Below are positions 37,168 through 37,835 of a stretch of 37,835 nt of DNA, in pieces (position 1 is the first letter of the stretch; each line of letters opens with the position of its first letter). The stretch is from Welwitschia mirabilis. Taxonomy: Eukaryota. Below the pieces are notes generated by a model that searched no databases, had not been told where the DNA came from, and worked only from the letters and a program-made list of their open reading frames with translations. The translations under genes and the position numbers were made by a program. Where the stretch lies: assembly GCA_051453625.1 (NCBI GenBank), contig JBOZIK010000001.1, forward strand, positions 13,674,620-13,712,454. Reading direction: 5' to 3'.

Positions 37168-37835
37168 GTTTCCACCATAAGATAAATCCACAAGTTGTTT
37201 TTGTATGGGGATTTAGACCACTATAAAAGTAGCTTACTAGTTCTTCTCATGAGAAAGCATCTACTAGTTTAAAGTGGATTGCCATAAATAAACATTTGTA
37301 TGTGGAAGCATAATATTAATTTTGTTTTTATTGAAAGTTTGTTACTTTATTTTTTCCCTTTCTTATGATTTATTCACTCATGAATCTTTTGATGAATTTT
37401 TTTTGAACTTATTTCAAAGTTTTTAAGATTTTGTAAGGTATAGTTTTTAGTCAATTTTTAGGTCTATCTTTTAATGTCATGGGAAAGTTTACCATGTATG
37501 TTCTATTACTAGTTTTTTTTCTTCCCATTTCTTGAGGTAAGGATTAATTATTTAATATTTGAAATATGTTAAAAGGGATCCTCATCATCTTTTCCACTAA
37601 AAATTAAAGATGCATTAAGGTTATTTAGTTCAACATCATCTCTTGGGGGTAGATCAAAAGGGGTTTGAATCTTTCATTTCTTATTGGCTAGTAACTTCCT
37701 CTAGGTGAGGTTTGCATTAAGATTAGCATTATATAATCCTAAAACTTGCTTTTATTTTTGGATAGTTCTCAACATTTTAAACTGATTTTTTCCTTCTACA
37801 AGGTTTTCTTTAAGGGGTTCAGATTTAGAAAAAAT
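37168..37835 (-). pseudogene. Element K: gag fragment of the B/J family, continuing beyond the window
   Basis: Collinear with about 35812-36480. Contains QTPFDLPPRDDVELNNLNA on the minus strand. Confidence 0.85.

Noticed and set aside
1963..37193. Short ORFs in the supplied track as host genes
   Set aside because: They are fragments of retroelement pseudogenes, antisense or off-frame noise in LTRs and gag, or ORFs inflated by N runs.
1..37835. Fungal RIP as the cause of the C>T excess
   Set aside because: Athila-like and SIRE-like lineages are plant elements, so methyl-cytosine deamination is the simpler explanation.

Overview
This is very AT-rich eukaryotic DNA (GC below about 30% by eye), most likely land-plant heterochromatin, made almost entirely of nested, dead LTR retrotransposons. 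I find no intact gene, RNA gene or CRISPR array. Most elements are Athila-like Ty3/gypsy non-chromoviruses with a tRNA-Asp PBS. On the + strand, elements A and B share one LTR (1927-3136), and B carries a full but pseudogenised gag-PR-RT-RH-INT. Next come a SIRE-like Ty1/copia pol remnant (C), a solo LTR with a decayed TSD (D), and element E, which is split inside gag by a 6.7-kb pol-less element (F) and cut in RT by minus-strand element G. G is itself interrupted by H. LTR fragment I and two gag copies (J, K) follow on the minus strand. All elements show extreme C>T/G>A erosion, including non-CpG sites. The most notable unexplained structure is a ~43-nt double-stem hairpin arrayed at ~100-bp spacing through the LTR and 5' UTR of the A/B/H/I/J family. 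Many 100-N gaps have slightly divergent duplicated flanks, probably two haplotypes. All alignments and domain calls were made by eye, so boundaries are approximate unless termini are quoted.
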